From the sequence record OZ035748.1: a stretch of DNA of 40,168 nt; one strand, given 5' to 3'. The stretch comes from Przondovirus KP32i192. The notes under the pieces were generated by a model, which saw only the letters and a program-made list of their open reading frames with translations, was not told the origin of the DNA and did not search any database. Positions 1 through 8,600 of the stretch are shown here, in pieces. A program made the translations under genes and the position numbers. Numbering within the stretch: position 1 is the stretch's first letter; each line of letters opens with the position of its first letter.

Positions 1-26
1 ACTGGAAGAAAGCTAATAAGGAGTAA
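1..26 (+). CDS. Holin (T7 gp17.5-like), 3' end of the gene that begins at 39991; window is a circular permutation
   Basis: Bases 1-26 read tgg aag aaa gct aat aag gag taa in frame with the ORF running off the window end at 40168; joined product is 67 aa and ends WKKANKE like T7 gp17.5. Confidence 0.75.
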
Positions 27-29
27 CAT

Positions 30-287
30 ATGGACCTGATTAAGTTCCTCGAAATGTTAGACACTGAGATGGCTCAGCAGATGCTCATGGACCTGAAGAA
101 CCCAGAGAAGCGAACCCCTCAGCTGTACAACGCCATTGGTAAACTACTGGAGCGCCATAAGTTCCAAATCTCTAAGCTGACCCCTGACGTTAACATCTTG
201 GGCGGACTGGCTGAGGGTCTGGAGGCTTACAACTCCAAGGTGGGTGCTGATGGTCTGACAGACGACGATAAGTTCACCCTACAGTGA
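30..287 (+). CDS. Terminase small subunit / DNA maturation protein A (T7 gp18-like)
   Basis: 85-aa ORF; strong similarity to recalled T7 gp18 (FLEMLDT..AQ.ML.DL...PQLYNAI.KLL.RHKFQI.KL.PDV.ILGGLA...GLTDDD); RBS aaggag upstream. Confidence 0.85.
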   Translation: MDLIKFLEMLDTEMAQQMLMDLKNPEKRTPQLYNAIGKLLERHKFQISKLTPDVNILGGLAEGLEAYNSKVGADGLTDDDKFTLQ

Positions 288-326
288 TATACTCAAGGTA
301 CTACTATATGTAGTGCCTTTATGGAT
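288..326 (+). promoter_or_regulatory. RNase III-type processing hairpin (R18.5-like)
   Basis: ctcAAGGTACTACtatatGTAGTGCCTTtatg: 10-bp stem with one G-U pair, flanked by conserved ctcaagg / cctttatg motifs shared with four other sites in the window. Confidence 0.55.
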
Positions 327-383
327 GTCATTGCACTACGCTAGGCGTTCCTACGTGAAATCTGAGAAACAACGGGAGGCATT

Positions 384-830
384 ATGCTGGAGTTCACAAA
401 GAGAATCGTCCCGTATCTTGTGGCTATCATGGTGTTTGCCTTCGGGTGGCACTTGGGTTCGCAATCTACGGACGCTAAATGGAAGGAGGAAGTACAGAAT
501 GAGTACGTTAAGAAGCAAACGGCTAGAGCTGAAACTCAGAAAGCGATTGACGCAGTATCGGCTAAGTACCAAGCAGACCTTGAGGGGCTGGAGGGCAGCA
601 CTGATAGGGTTATTGCTGATTTGCGTAGCGACAATAAGCGGCTGCGCGTCAGAGTCAAACCTACCAGTGTCACCGCAGGACCAGACGGTCGATGCCTCGT
701 TGATGGTTCCGTCGAACTACACGAAGCAACTGCTCGAAGTCTTATCGCAATAACCCAGAAGGCCGACCTCAAAGAGAAGGCCCTACAGGACACTATTCGC
801 AAGCTACAGAGGAAAGGAGGTGAACATTGA
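384..830 (+). CDS. i-spanin (Rz-like, T7 gp18.5-like)
   Basis: 148-aa ORF with N-terminal TM segment; near-identical blocks to recalled T7 gp18.5 ([31 protein letters not shown]). Confidence 0.85.
   Translation: MLEFTKRIVPYLVAIMVFAFGWHLGSQSTDAKWKEEVQNEYVKKQTARAETQKAIDAVSAKYQADLEGLEGSTDRVIADLRSDNKRLRVRVKPTSVTAGPDGRCLVDGSVELHEATARSLIAITQKADLKEKALQDTIRKLQRKGGEH
499..753 (+). CDS. o-spanin (Rz1-like, T7 gp18.7-like) embedded in +1 frame inside the i-spanin gene
   Basis: Internal Met of the 313..753 ORF; product MSTLRSKR...[19 protein letters not shown] has signal peptide plus lipobox (ISGC) and matches recalled T7 gp18.7. Confidence 0.7.
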   Translation: MSTLRSKRLELKLRKRLTQYRLSTKQTLRGWRAALIGLLLICVATISGCASESNLPVSPQDQTVDASLMVPSNYTKQLLEVLSQ

Positions 831-2584
831 GTAACTCTCAGCAAGCCAAGAACGCCTTAATCATTGCGCAACTGAAGGGTGACTTTGTCGCCTTTCTCTT
901 CGTGCTCTGGAAGGCCCTGAACCTGCCGGAACCAACCAAGTGTCAAATCGACATGGCCAAGTGCCTGGCGAACCCAAAGAACAAGAAGTTTATCCTTCAG
1001 GCTTTCCGTGGTATCGGGAAGTCATTCATCACGTGTGCGTTCGTAGTGTGGACCCTTTGGCGTGACCCTCAGTTAAAGATACTGATTGTCTCAGCCTCAA
1101 AGGAACGTGCGGACGCTAACTCCATCTTCATCAAGAACATCATCGACTTGTTGCCTTTCCTGAGTGAGCTTAAGCCTCGCCCCGGTCAGCGTGACTCCGT
1201 GATTAGCTTTGATGTAGGCCCTGCCAAGCCGGACCACAGCCCGTCAGTTAAGTCTGTGGGTATTACGGGTCAGCTTACTGGTAGCCGTGCCGATATCATC
1301 ATTGCGGATGACGTGGAGATTCCCGGTAACTCTGCGACTCAAGGTGCTCGTGAGAAACTCTGGACGCTGGTTCAGGAGTTCGCTGCACTGTTGAAACCCC
1401 TGCCGACTAGCCGTGTTATCTATCTGGGTACCCCTCAGACCGAGATGACGCTCTACAAGGAACTTGAGGACAACCGTGGGTACTCCACCATCATTTGGCC
1501 TGCGCAGTATCCTCGCTCCAAAGAGGAAGACCTGTACTATGGCGACCGACTGGCACCGATGCTCCGCAGTGAGTACGATGAGGACAAAGAGGGTCTCAGC
1601 AGCCAACCTACCGACCCGGTTCGATTCGACTCCATGGACCTTCAGGAGCGTGAGGTGGAATACGGTAAGGCTGGCTACACGCTTCAGTTCATGCTCAACC
1701 CGAACCTTAGTGACGCCGAGAAGTATCCTCTACGCCTCCGTGACGCTATCGTGTGCGGTCTACAGATGGACAAGGCCCCAATGCATTACCAGTGGTTGCC
1801 GAATCGTCAGAACCGCAATGAGGAGCTTCCTAACGTGGGCATGAAGGGTGACGAGATTTACTCATTCCATACGGCATCCAGTAACACTGGTACGTATCAG
1901 GGTAAGATTCTGGTCATCGACCCAAGTGGTCGCGGTAAGGATGAGACTGGCTGGTGCGTACTGTACACCCTCAACGGCTACATCTACCTGATGGACGCTG
2001 GCGGCACTCGCGGTTACGAAGAGAAGTCCCTTGAGTTCCTCGCTAAGAAAGCAAAACAGTGGCAGGTTCAGACTGTGGTCTTCGAGAGTAACTTCGGTGA
2101 CGGTATGTTCGGTAACGTCTTCCAGCCTGTGCTCCTGAAGCATCACCCAGCGCAGCTCGAAGAGATTCGTGCTCGTGGTATGAAAGAGGTACGTATCTGC
2201 GATACCCTTGAGCCTGTACTGGCAAGTCACCGCTTGGTCATCCGCGATGAGGTAATCCGACAGGACTACCAGACGGCACGGGACGCAGACGGTAAGCACG
2301 CTCTGAAGTACAGCCTGTTCTACCAGATGACCCGTATGAGCCGTGAGAAGGGTGCTGTGGCACACGATGACCGACTTGATGCATTAGCATTGGGTGTCGA
2401 GTTCCTACGCTCTACGATGCAGCAGGACGCTGTGAAGATAGAGGCTGAGGTACTTCAGGAGTTCTTGGAGCACCACATGGAGAAGCCCCTGAGTAACATC
2501 TCCCAGTTCCGGGTCACCAGTAGCAACGGTGTGGACATCCGATGGGAAGACGACGGGGACGACTCTATGTTCATCGCATGGTGA
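827..2584 (+). CDS. Terminase large subunit / DNA maturation protein B (T7 gp19-like), TTG start
   Basis: 585-aa ORF collinear with recalled T7 gp19 ([25 protein letters not shown], ATPase and nuclease blocks); start is TTG 6 nt after aaggagg. Confidence 0.9.
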   Translation: MSNSQQAKNALIIAQLKGDFVAFLFVLWKALNLPEPTKCQIDMAKCLANPKNKKFILQAFRGIGKSFITCAFVVWTLWRDPQLKILIVSASKERADANSIFIKNIIDLLPFLSELKPRPGQRDSVISFDVGPAKPDHSPSVKSVGITGQLTGSRADIIIADDVEIPGNSATQGAREKLWTLVQEFAALLKPLPTSRVIYLGTPQTEMTLYKELEDNRGYSTIIWPAQYPRSKEEDLYYGDRLAPMLRSEYDEDKEGLSSQPTDPVRFDSMDLQEREVEYGKAGYTLQFMLNPNLSDAEKYPLRLRDAIVCGLQMDKAPMHYQWLPNRQNRNEELPNVGMKGDEIYSFHTASSNTGTYQGKILVIDPSGRGKDETGWCVLYTLNGYIYLMDAGGTRGYEEKSLEFLAKKAKQWQVQTVVFESNFGDGMFGNVFQPVLLKHHPAQLEEIRARGMKEVRICDTLEPVLASHRLVIRDEVIRQDYQTARDADGKHALKYSLFYQMTRMSREKGAVAHDDRLDALALGVEFLRSTMQQDAVKIEAEVLQEFLEHHMEKPLSNISQFRVTSSNGVDIRWEDDGDDSMFIAW

Positions 2585-2664
2585 TTATGCAAGGATTGTG
2601 CATAAGGATTCATTAGGCCACGGAAGGCCACTTTGAGGAAACTCCATGTATAACAGACACTTGG

Positions 2665-2687
2665 AATTAGGGCACACTATAGGGAGA
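2665..2687 (+). promoter_or_regulatory. Phage RNAP promoter (phiOR-like, right end)
   Basis: AATTAGGGCACACTATAGGGAGA, full match to the window consensus; +1 G at 2682. Confidence 0.75.
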
Positions 2688-2828
2688 GACCCTTGAAGAC
2701 TTACTATAAGACAACTTAAAGATTCATTCATATAGTTATTCACTTTAAGTCTCCTTAAAGGTAGAGGGTAGTGATGATAATATCACCCTCTCACTACAAG
2801 ACACTAAGAGCCAACATAAGGAGGACCT

Positions 2829-2978
2829 ATGCGCTTATTGTTAACCTTACTGCGCCATAGGACTACTTGGCGATTTCTGCTGGTACTTGCTGGTGCCCTT
2901 GGGGCTTCACTGGTTACTCAGCAGCAACTCAGTGGACTGGAGACTCTCGTGTGCTCTCTACTCACTTGTAGCGATTAG
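2829..2978 (+). CDS. Small hydrophobic protein (gp19.5-like by position)
   Basis: 49-aa ORF with aaggagg RBS 8 nt upstream; hydrophobic; lies between terminase gene and genome end as gene 19.5 does in T7. Confidence 0.4.
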   Translation: MRLLLTLLRHRTTWRFLLVLAGALGASLVTQQQLSGLETLVCSLLTCSD

Positions 2979-3039
2979 GGTCTTCCTGACGCGCTAGGGA
3001 TTCCGTAGTGATGCTTATCAGCATACACCACTCCATCCC

Positions 3040-3440
3040 TCTATAGTCAATACTTAAAGTTAACCTTAGGTGATTCACTGGGTCTACCTACGGGTCTATG
3101 CACTGACCTGAGGACTACCTGAGGTTACCTTTAAGAATTTTACATAAAGTTCTGAGTGTACATCTCACAGTTTACACTTTTGGTCATCCCCCCCGGTACC
3201 CCTCCAGTTCACCCAAAGTAACCATGGGTACCCCCCTCTTTACCTTCAGTTTAACCTTGGGTGGTACCTTGGGAGTCCTTAGGTGATACTATATGTTGTG
3301 GTGTGGGTGACCTGAGGATACTATATGTTGATGTCTCTGTGTCCCTATCTGTTGGCCCTCTTTAAGTATCCACTGAGTACCACCTGAGGTTAGACCTGAG
3401 GTAATACCGGAGACCATATACCTTAGGTTAACCATGCGGC
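3040..3440. repeat. Array of short CCT(T/G)(A/G)GG heptamer repeats flanking the terminal-repeat region
   Basis: At least 9 copies of ccttagg / cctgagg / ccttggg, plus a 20-bp imperfect direct repeat (ccttaggtgatactatatgttg at 3277-3298, cctgaggatactatatgttg at 3311-3330); analogous to the short repeats near T7 genome ends. Confidence 0.5.
3163..3350. repeat. Putative direct terminal repeat (single collapsed copy) with predicted physical left end near 3163
   Basis: TCTCACAG at 3163-3170 matches the recalled T7 left-end sequence; TCTCTGTGTCCCTATCTGTT at about 3334-3353 matches the conserved block near the inner edge of the T7 terminal repeat; boundaries inferred. Confidence 0.35.
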
Positions 3441-3492
3441 CATCTGGTGAGTCATCACTATAGGGCTATTGGTGGTCATTGTCAATCAATCC

Positions 3493-3515
3493 TATTAGGA
3501 CACACTATAGGGAGA
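3493..3515 (+). promoter_or_regulatory. Phage RNAP promoter (phiOL-like, left end)
   Basis: TATTAGGACACACTATAGGGAGA; +1 G at 3510. Confidence 0.65.
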
Positions 3516-3594
3516 CACTTAAAGTATTACTTAGGGACCATCACCATAAAGATCACCATCACTATAGGTCTAACTAAAAGTTTAACTTTAAGTG

Positions 3595-3623
3595 TTGACA
3601 TTCAGATTCCGTTATGAGACATT
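3595..3623 (+). promoter_or_regulatory. Candidate host sigma70 early promoter (A1-like)
   Basis: -35 TTGACA (3595-3600), 17-bp spacer, weak -10 GACATT (3618-3623); position and flanks resemble T7 A1. Confidence 0.35.
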
Positions 3624-3726
3624 AGCAACCGTTGAGAGACACAACGCTACCAACCACTAGCATACTTCGAGTTATCTGGTTAGACTGATGGTCTCAAGTA
3701 GTCATCAACCGGACATACGAAAGTGG

Positions 3727-3755
3727 TTGACTCAACGATGAATAAGTAGTAAGAT
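3727..3755 (+). promoter_or_regulatory. Host sigma70 early promoter (A2-like)
   Basis: -35 TTGACT (3727-3732), 17-bp spacer, -10 TAAGAT (3750-3755); same hexamers as recalled T7 A2. Confidence 0.55.
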
Positions 3756-3854
3756 GCACCACAGATTCACGAAGTACCGCTAGGCAACTAGCATTGCTCT
3801 TTAACAATATGGATTAGTCAAGCTGATATGTACACCATGATAATAGTGTTTAAC

Positions 3855-3925
3855 TAGTGGTTACATTCAGGTCTCTGGCAAGGTACGTCCTGTCACCCTG
3901 AGAGTAGCCACAATGATAACCACTA
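3855..3925 (+). promoter_or_regulatory. Candidate long-range stem-loop in gene 0.3 leader (R0.3-like)
   Basis: TAGTGGTTA (3855-3863) is perfectly complementary to TAACCACTA (3917-3925), 9-bp stem enclosing 53 nt, immediately upstream of the gene 0.3 RBS. Confidence 0.3.
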
Positions 3926-3946
3926 ATCAACTGAAGGATATACATT

Positions 3947-4414
3947 ATGATTTTCACGAAAGAACCAGCCAACAAAGTATTCGTATTTGTTACTGCATAC
4001 CGTGGCCATGAGTCGCAGGAAGTAAACGAGAAGATGCTCAAGGGTCTCATTAAGACCATTCGCACCTATCCGGGAGCATACGGCAACATTCGTGATGAAC
4101 ATGTACAGGGCTGCTTTAAAGAAGCTGGTATGCCTGAGGCAACGCAAGAGCGCACGCTTAAAGTTGAGTGTACTGAGAAGCAAGCCGCAGAGTTGACGTG
4201 GCTGGCCTGTAAGACCTACTCGCAAGATGCTGTGCTGGTGGTGAACTCACAGACCCATACAGCCGCGCTATGGTCTATCACAAGCGTGGGAGAGTATCCG
4301 CAAGCATTTCCGATGCTCAAAGAGGATGCACTAGGTGGCACGCTGCAACAAGTGGACGCACCAAAGGGCGAATGCTATTCAAGCATCGACGGGCAATACT
4401 GGGAGGTGGTCTAA
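3947..4414 (+). CDS. SAM hydrolase/lyase (T3 gp0.3-like SAMase), anti-restriction
   Basis: 155-aa first early gene; N-terminus MIFTKEPA..VFVFV and overall collinearity with recalled T3 SAMase; not Ocr-like (not acidic). Confidence 0.7.
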   Translation: MIFTKEPANKVFVFVTAYRGHESQEVNEKMLKGLIKTIRTYPGAYGNIRDEHVQGCFKEAGMPEATQERTLKVECTEKQAAELTWLACKTYSQDAVLVVNSQTHTAALWSITSVGEYPQAFPMLKEDALGGTLQQVDAPKGECYSSIDGQYWEVV

Positions 4415-4560
4415 TGATTAATTATGGCCTCACTCAGGCAGACATTAGGCATTACCGCTGGTTGCTCTCACTAGGTAAACCGCACGACTACCTAATGATT
4501 CACCTAGCGCAAACCTACCGCACACGTAAGGTAATGTATGATAACCCTGTTCGTAATTAG
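4414..4560 (+). CDS. Hypothetical early protein (48 aa)
   Basis: ATG overlaps SAMase stop (TAATG); gggagg RBS 7 nt upstream; position of T7 genes 0.4-0.6. Confidence 0.4.
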   Translation: MINYGLTQADIRHYRWLLSLGKPHDYLMIHLAQTYRTRKVMYDNPVRN

Positions 4561-4735
4561 TGTGTACGCCATGATTGTCCTGTACTTTGTGCGGGACTTT
4601 CGTAAGGGTCTCAAGGTACACAAGGCATCATTCAGTTACATGAAGTGGGGCATACTGCCTCGCTTTACTGTACGGCTACCAAATGGCCGCTTTAAGGCTA
4701 ACAAGGTAGGTATTTTCTACATCGCAACCCATTGA
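4538..4735 (+). CDS. Hypothetical early small membrane protein (65 aa)
   Basis: ORF with aagg RBS; N-terminal hydrophobic segment ITLFVISVYAMIVLYFV. Confidence 0.4.
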   Translation: MITLFVISVYAMIVLYFVRDFRKGLKVHKASFSYMKWGILPRFTVRLPNGRFKANKVGIFYIATH

Positions 4736-4760
4736 CAAACCACCATAAGGAAACAACCTA

Positions 4761-5777
4761 ATGAACTACACCGACATGCAAGAACGCTTAGACGTCATCC
4801 GTAACCTGCCAATCTGTGAACTCGACAAGCGCCAGCCGCTGCTGGTAGCACTCATCGCGGACATTGTGAACTGCGAGACGTCCGATGGTGACGACACGGA
4901 TAGCGATTGGGGTCTGGAGCGACAGGACTACTGGCAAACCCTGAAGATTAAGGCCAAAGACGCTGGGTTTAACCTGCTGGGCAATGGACACTTCAGCGCA
5001 GCGTTTAAGCACGAGCTGCTACCGGGTAGGGTCATTAAGGTTGGCTTTAAGAAAGAGGATTCAGGGGCCGCATACGTGGCTTTCTGCCGGATGCACCAAG
5101 GCCGGGCAGGCATCCCTAACGTCTATCACGTAGCGCGTCACGCTGGGTGCTATACGGTGGTACTTGATGAGTTGGAACCATGCAAGCGCAGCAGTAACCA
5201 CTTGCACGACCACTACGCAGACCTCGCGTATTATTTTGTCGAGTGTGACTATGAGCCTGAGGAGCACCACGAGAAGGACTTACCGTTCATTGAGACGTGC
5301 CAGATGATTCGGGACTTCTTCTGTGGGATTGCATCCTTCGATATGCACAGCGGTAACATCATGTTCACCAAAGACGGCAAGCCAGTGATTACCGACCCGG
5401 TGTCATTCTCGGCGGACCGGGACCGTGAGCCTTTCTCACTGGAACCTGAGGAGCTACTTGCTGAGATTGAGCAGATAGCGCACGACAAGATGATTGAACG
5501 CTGCAAGCGCAACAAGGCTAAGCGTGACCCGAACGGAGCGCTGCGCATCGCACGGCGTAAGGCCAATAAGGAGCGTCGAGCACGCCGTAAGGCGCACGCT
5601 AGGTGGCGTAAGGAGCGTGAACGTGAACGTGAGCAGTATCACGTAGACGCCCTAAAGTTAGACCTAGCGAGTGTCGAGGAGCGCATTCTGGCGTGGCAAA
5701 TGGGTCCCGGCCTAGCGATACAAATGGGCAAGCCGTTGCCAATCGACAACTACCTTCAGGGTAGACTTATGGGTTAG
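4761..5777 (+). CDS. Serine/threonine protein kinase and host transcription shutoff protein (T7 gp0.7-like)
   Basis: 338-aa ORF; long identical blocks with recalled T7 gp0.7 (LPICELDKRQ, GNGHFSAA, RVIKVGFKKEDSGAAY, GIASFDMHSGNIMF). Confidence 0.85.
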   Translation: MNYTDMQERLDVIRNLPICELDKRQPLLVALIADIVNCETSDGDDTDSDWGLERQDYWQTLKIKAKDAGFNLLGNGHFSAAFKHELLPGRVIKVGFKKEDSGAAYVAFCRMHQGRAGIPNVYHVARHAGCYTVVLDELEPCKRSSNHLHDHYADLAYYFVECDYEPEEHHEKDLPFIETCQMIRDFFCGIASFDMHSGNIMFTKDGKPVITDPVSFSADRDREPFSLEPEELLAEIEQIAHDKMIERCKRNKAKRDPNGALRIARRKANKERRARRKAHARWRKEREREREQYHVDALKLDLASVEERILAWQMGPGLAIQMGKPLPIDNYLQGRLMG

Positions 5778-5791
5778 CAAGGTGTATCTTA

Positions 5792-5813
5792 GGTGTCTCC
5801 CGCAAGAGGCACC
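5792..5813 (+). promoter_or_regulatory. RNA hairpin in gene 1 leader (candidate R1 processing site)
   Basis: GGTGTCTC ccgcaa GAGGCACC: 8-bp stem (one G-U), 6-nt loop, no following U-tract so not an intrinsic terminator. Confidence 0.3.
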
Positions 5814-5846
5814 GATAGATAAACTTTATTCACAAAGAGGCACACA

Positions 5847-8567
5847 ATGAACGCATTAAACATTGCACGTAATGACTTCTCAGAGATTGAACTGGCCGCT
5901 ATTCCGTACAACATCCTCAGCGAGCACTACGGGGACAAGCTGGCACGTGAGCAGTTAGCACTGGAGCATGAGGCGTACGAGCTGGGTGAGCAGCGTTTCC
6001 TGAAGATGTTAGAACGTCAGGTGAAAGCTGGAGAGTTCGCTGACAACGTGGCCGCTAAGCCGCTGGTCCTAACGTTGCACCCGCAGCTGACCAAGCGCAT
6101 TGACGATTGGAAGGAGGAACAAGCAAACGCTCGTGGTAAGAAGCCTCGCGCATACTACCCGATTAAGCACGGCGTGTCCTCAGAGCTGGCCCTCAGTATG
6201 GGCGCTGAGGTACTCAATGAGAAGCGCGGAGTGTCCAGTGAGGCAATCGCACTGCTGACCATTAAGGTCGTCTTAGGGACGCTCACAGACGCCTCCAAGG
6301 CAACCATCCAGCAGGTATCCTCTCAGTTAGGCAAGGCTCTTGAGGATGAGGCCCGCTTTGGTCGTATCCGTGAGCAGGAAGCCGCCTACTTCAAGAAGAA
6401 CGTAGCGGACCAGCTGGACAAGCGTGTAGGCCACGTGTACAAGAAGGCTTTCATGCAGGTCGTCGAGGCCGATATGATTTCCAAAGGGATGCTGGGTGGG
6501 GACAACTGGTCCAGCTGGAAAACTGACGAGCAGATGCATGTGGGGACCAAGCTGCTTGAGCTACTCATCGAGGGCACTGGTCTGGTGGAAATGACCAAGA
6601 ACAAGATGGCCGATGGCTCCGACGATGTGACCAGTATGCAGATGGTCCAGCTGGCTCCGGCCTTTGTGGAACTCCTGAGCAAACGAGCGGGAGCACTCGC
6701 AGGTATCAGCCCGATGCACCAACCATGCGTAGTCCCTCCGAAACCTTGGGTGGAGACCGTAGGCGGTGGCTACTGGTCAGTCGGTCGCCGCCCGCTGGCG
6801 CTGGTTCGTACCCACTCCAAGAAGGCACTGCGCCGCTACGCAGACGTGCACATGCCCGAGGTATACAAAGCGGTAAACCTCGCGCAAAACACGCCGTGGA
6901 AGGTGAACAAGAAGGTGCTGGCGGTAGTCAACGAGATTGTCAACTGGAAGCACTGCCCGGTTGCTGACGTCCCGGCGATTGAACGCGAAGAGTTACCACC
7001 ACGCCCGGACGATATCGACACCAACGAGGTGTCACGCAAGGCATGGCGCAAGGAGGCCGCAGCGGTCTACCGTAAGGACAAGGCCCGCCAGTCTCGCCGT
7101 TTGTCAATGGAGTTCATGGTCGCACAGGCCAACAAGTTCGCTAACCACAAGGCCATCTGGTTCCCGTACAACATGGACTGGCGCGGACGTGTGTACGCTG
7201 TGAGCATGTTCAACCCGCAGGGTAACGACATGACCAAGGGTATGCTGACGCTGGCCAAGGGTAAGCCAATCGGTCTCGACGGGTTCTACTGGCTGAAGAT
7301 TCACGGTGCAAACTGTGCAGGCGTCGACAAGGTTCCATTCCCTGAGCGCATCAAGTTCATCGAAGAGAACGAGGGTAACATTCTGGCGAGCGCAGCAGAC
7401 CCGCTGAATAACATTTGGTGGACACAGCAAGATTCACCGTTCTGTTTCTTGGCGTTCTGCTTTGAGTACGCAGGCGTTAAACATCATGGCCTGAATTACA
7501 ACTGCTCGCTGCCGCTGGCATTCGATGGGTCATGCTCTGGGATTCAGCACTTCAGCGCGATGCTCCGCGATTCCATCGGTGGTCGTGCGGTTAACCTGCT
7601 GCCTTCTGATACTGTGCAGGATATCTACAAGATTGTGGCCGACAAGGTTAACGAGGTGCTTCACCAGCACGCTGTCAACGGGTCTCAGACGGTGGTCGAG
7701 CAGATTGCTGATAAAGAGACTGGCGAGTTCCGCGAGAAAGTAACACTGGGTGAGTCCGTGCTGGCTGCTCAGTGGTTGCAATATGGCGTGACCCGTAAGG
7801 TGACTAAGCGTTCGGTCATGACGTTGGCGTACGGTTCCAAAGAGTTCGGCTTCCGCCAGCAAGTTCTGGAAGACACCATTCAGCCTGCTATTGACAATGG
7901 CGAGGGCTTGATGTTTACGCACCCTAACCAAGCGGCTGGCTACATGGCTAAGCTGATTTGGGACGCTGTGACCGTGACCGTAGTGGCCGCTGTCGAGGCA
8001 ATGAACTGGCTGAAGTCTGCCGCTAAGCTGCTGGCTGCTGAAGTCAAGGACAAGAAGACCAAAGAGGTGCTGCGTAAGCGCTGCGCAATCCACTGGGTAA
8101 CACCCGATGGCTTCCCGGTGTGGCAGGAGTACCGCAAGCAGAACCAAGCGCGCCTGAAGCTGGTCTTCCTCGGGCAGGCCAACGTCAAGATGACGTATAA
8201 CACTGGGAAGGACTCAGAGATTGATGCCCACAAGCAGGAATCCGGCATAGCTCCTAACTTTGTTCACTCACAGGACGGTAGTCACCTACGCATGACCGTA
8301 GTACACGCCAACGAGGTCTACGGGATTGACTCCTTCGCACTCATTCACGACTCCTTCGGGACCATTCCGGCTGACGCTGGGAATCTCTTTAAGGCAGTCC
8401 GTGAGACGATGGTCAAGACCTACGAGGACAACGATGTGATCGCTGACTTCTACGACCAGTTCGCTGACCAGCTGCACGAGTCTCAACTGGACAAGATGCC
8501 AGCTGTTCCGGCCAAAGGTGACCTGAATCTGCGAGACATCTTGAAGTCAGACTTCGCGTTTGCGTAA
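5847..8567 (+). CDS. Single-subunit DNA-dependent RNA polymerase (T7 gp1-like)
   Basis: 906-aa ORF; collinear with recalled T7 RNAP along the full length, including the active-site region (LPLAFDGSCSGIQHFSAMLRD) and C-terminal FAFA. Confidence 0.95.
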   Translation: MNALNIARNDFSEIELAAIPYNILSEHYGDKLAREQLALEHEAYELGEQRFLKMLERQVKAGEFADNVAAKPLVLTLHPQLTKRIDDWKEEQANARGKKPRAYYPIKHGVSSELALSMGAEVLNEKRGVSSEAIALLTIKVVLGTLTDASKATIQQVSSQLGKALEDEARFGRIREQEAAYFKKNVADQLDKRVGHVYKKAFMQVVEADMISKGMLGGDNWSSWKTDEQMHVGTKLLELLIEGTGLVEMTKNKMADGSDDVTSMQMVQLAPAFVELLSKRAGALAGISPMHQPCVVPPKPWVETVGGGYWSVGRRPLALVRTHSKKALRRYADVHMPEVYKAVNLAQNTPWKVNKKVLAVVNEIVNWKHCPVADVPAIEREELPPRPDDIDTNEVSRKAWRKEAAAVYRKDKARQSRRLSMEFMVAQANKFANHKAIWFPYNMDWRGRVYAVSMFNPQGNDMTKGMLTLAKGKPIGLDGFYWLKIHGANCAGVDKVPFPERIKFIEENEGNILASAADPLNNIWWTQQDSPFCFLAFCFEYAGVKHHGLNYNCSLPLAFDGSCSGIQHFSAMLRDSIGGRAVNLLPSDTVQDIYKIVADKVNEVLHQHAVNGSQTVVEQIADKETGEFREKVTLGESVLAAQWLQYGVTRKVTKRSVMTLAYGSKEFGFRQQVLEDTIQPAIDNGEGLMFTHPNQAAGYMAKLIWDAVTVTVVAAVEAMNWLKSAAKLLAAEVKDKKTKEVLRKRCAIHWVTPDGFPVWQEYRKQNQARLKLVFLGQANVKMTYNTGKDSEIDAHKQESGIAPNFVHSQDGSHLRMTVVHANEVYGIDSFALIHDSFGTIPADAGNLFKAVRETMVKTYEDNDVIADFYDQFADQLHESQLDKMPAVPAKGDLNLRDILKSDFAFA

Positions 8568-8577
8568 GGTCTCGGGC

Positions 8578-8600
8578 AATTAGGGCACACTATAGGGAAC
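8578..8600 (+). promoter_or_regulatory. Phage RNAP promoter (phi1.1A-like)
   Basis: AATTAGGGCACACTATAGGGAAC; transcript starts with a 10-bp hairpin GGGAACCTTCG/CGAGGGTTCC. Confidence 0.7.

Noticed and set aside
313-498. Upstream extension of the 313..753 ORF (146 aa) in the o-spanin frame
   Set aside because: Only the portion from the internal Met at 499 matches the o-spanin signal peptide and lipobox; the upstream part overlaps the RNase III hairpin and gene 18 end and has no RBS.
3446-3468. Partial phage-promoter-like sequence GGTGAGTCATCACTATAGGGCTA
   Set aside because: Only the -7 to +3 core (CACTATAGGG) matches; the -17 to -8 recognition region does not match the 13 consensus copies, so it is unlikely to be bound efficiently by the phage RNAP.
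6725-7258. Alternative-frame ORFs inside the RNA polymerase gene (e.g. 6725..6967, 6937..7203)
   Set aside because: Arg/Ser/Pro-rich, low-complexity translations in off-frames of a highly conserved gene with no start context; typical out-of-frame artefacts.
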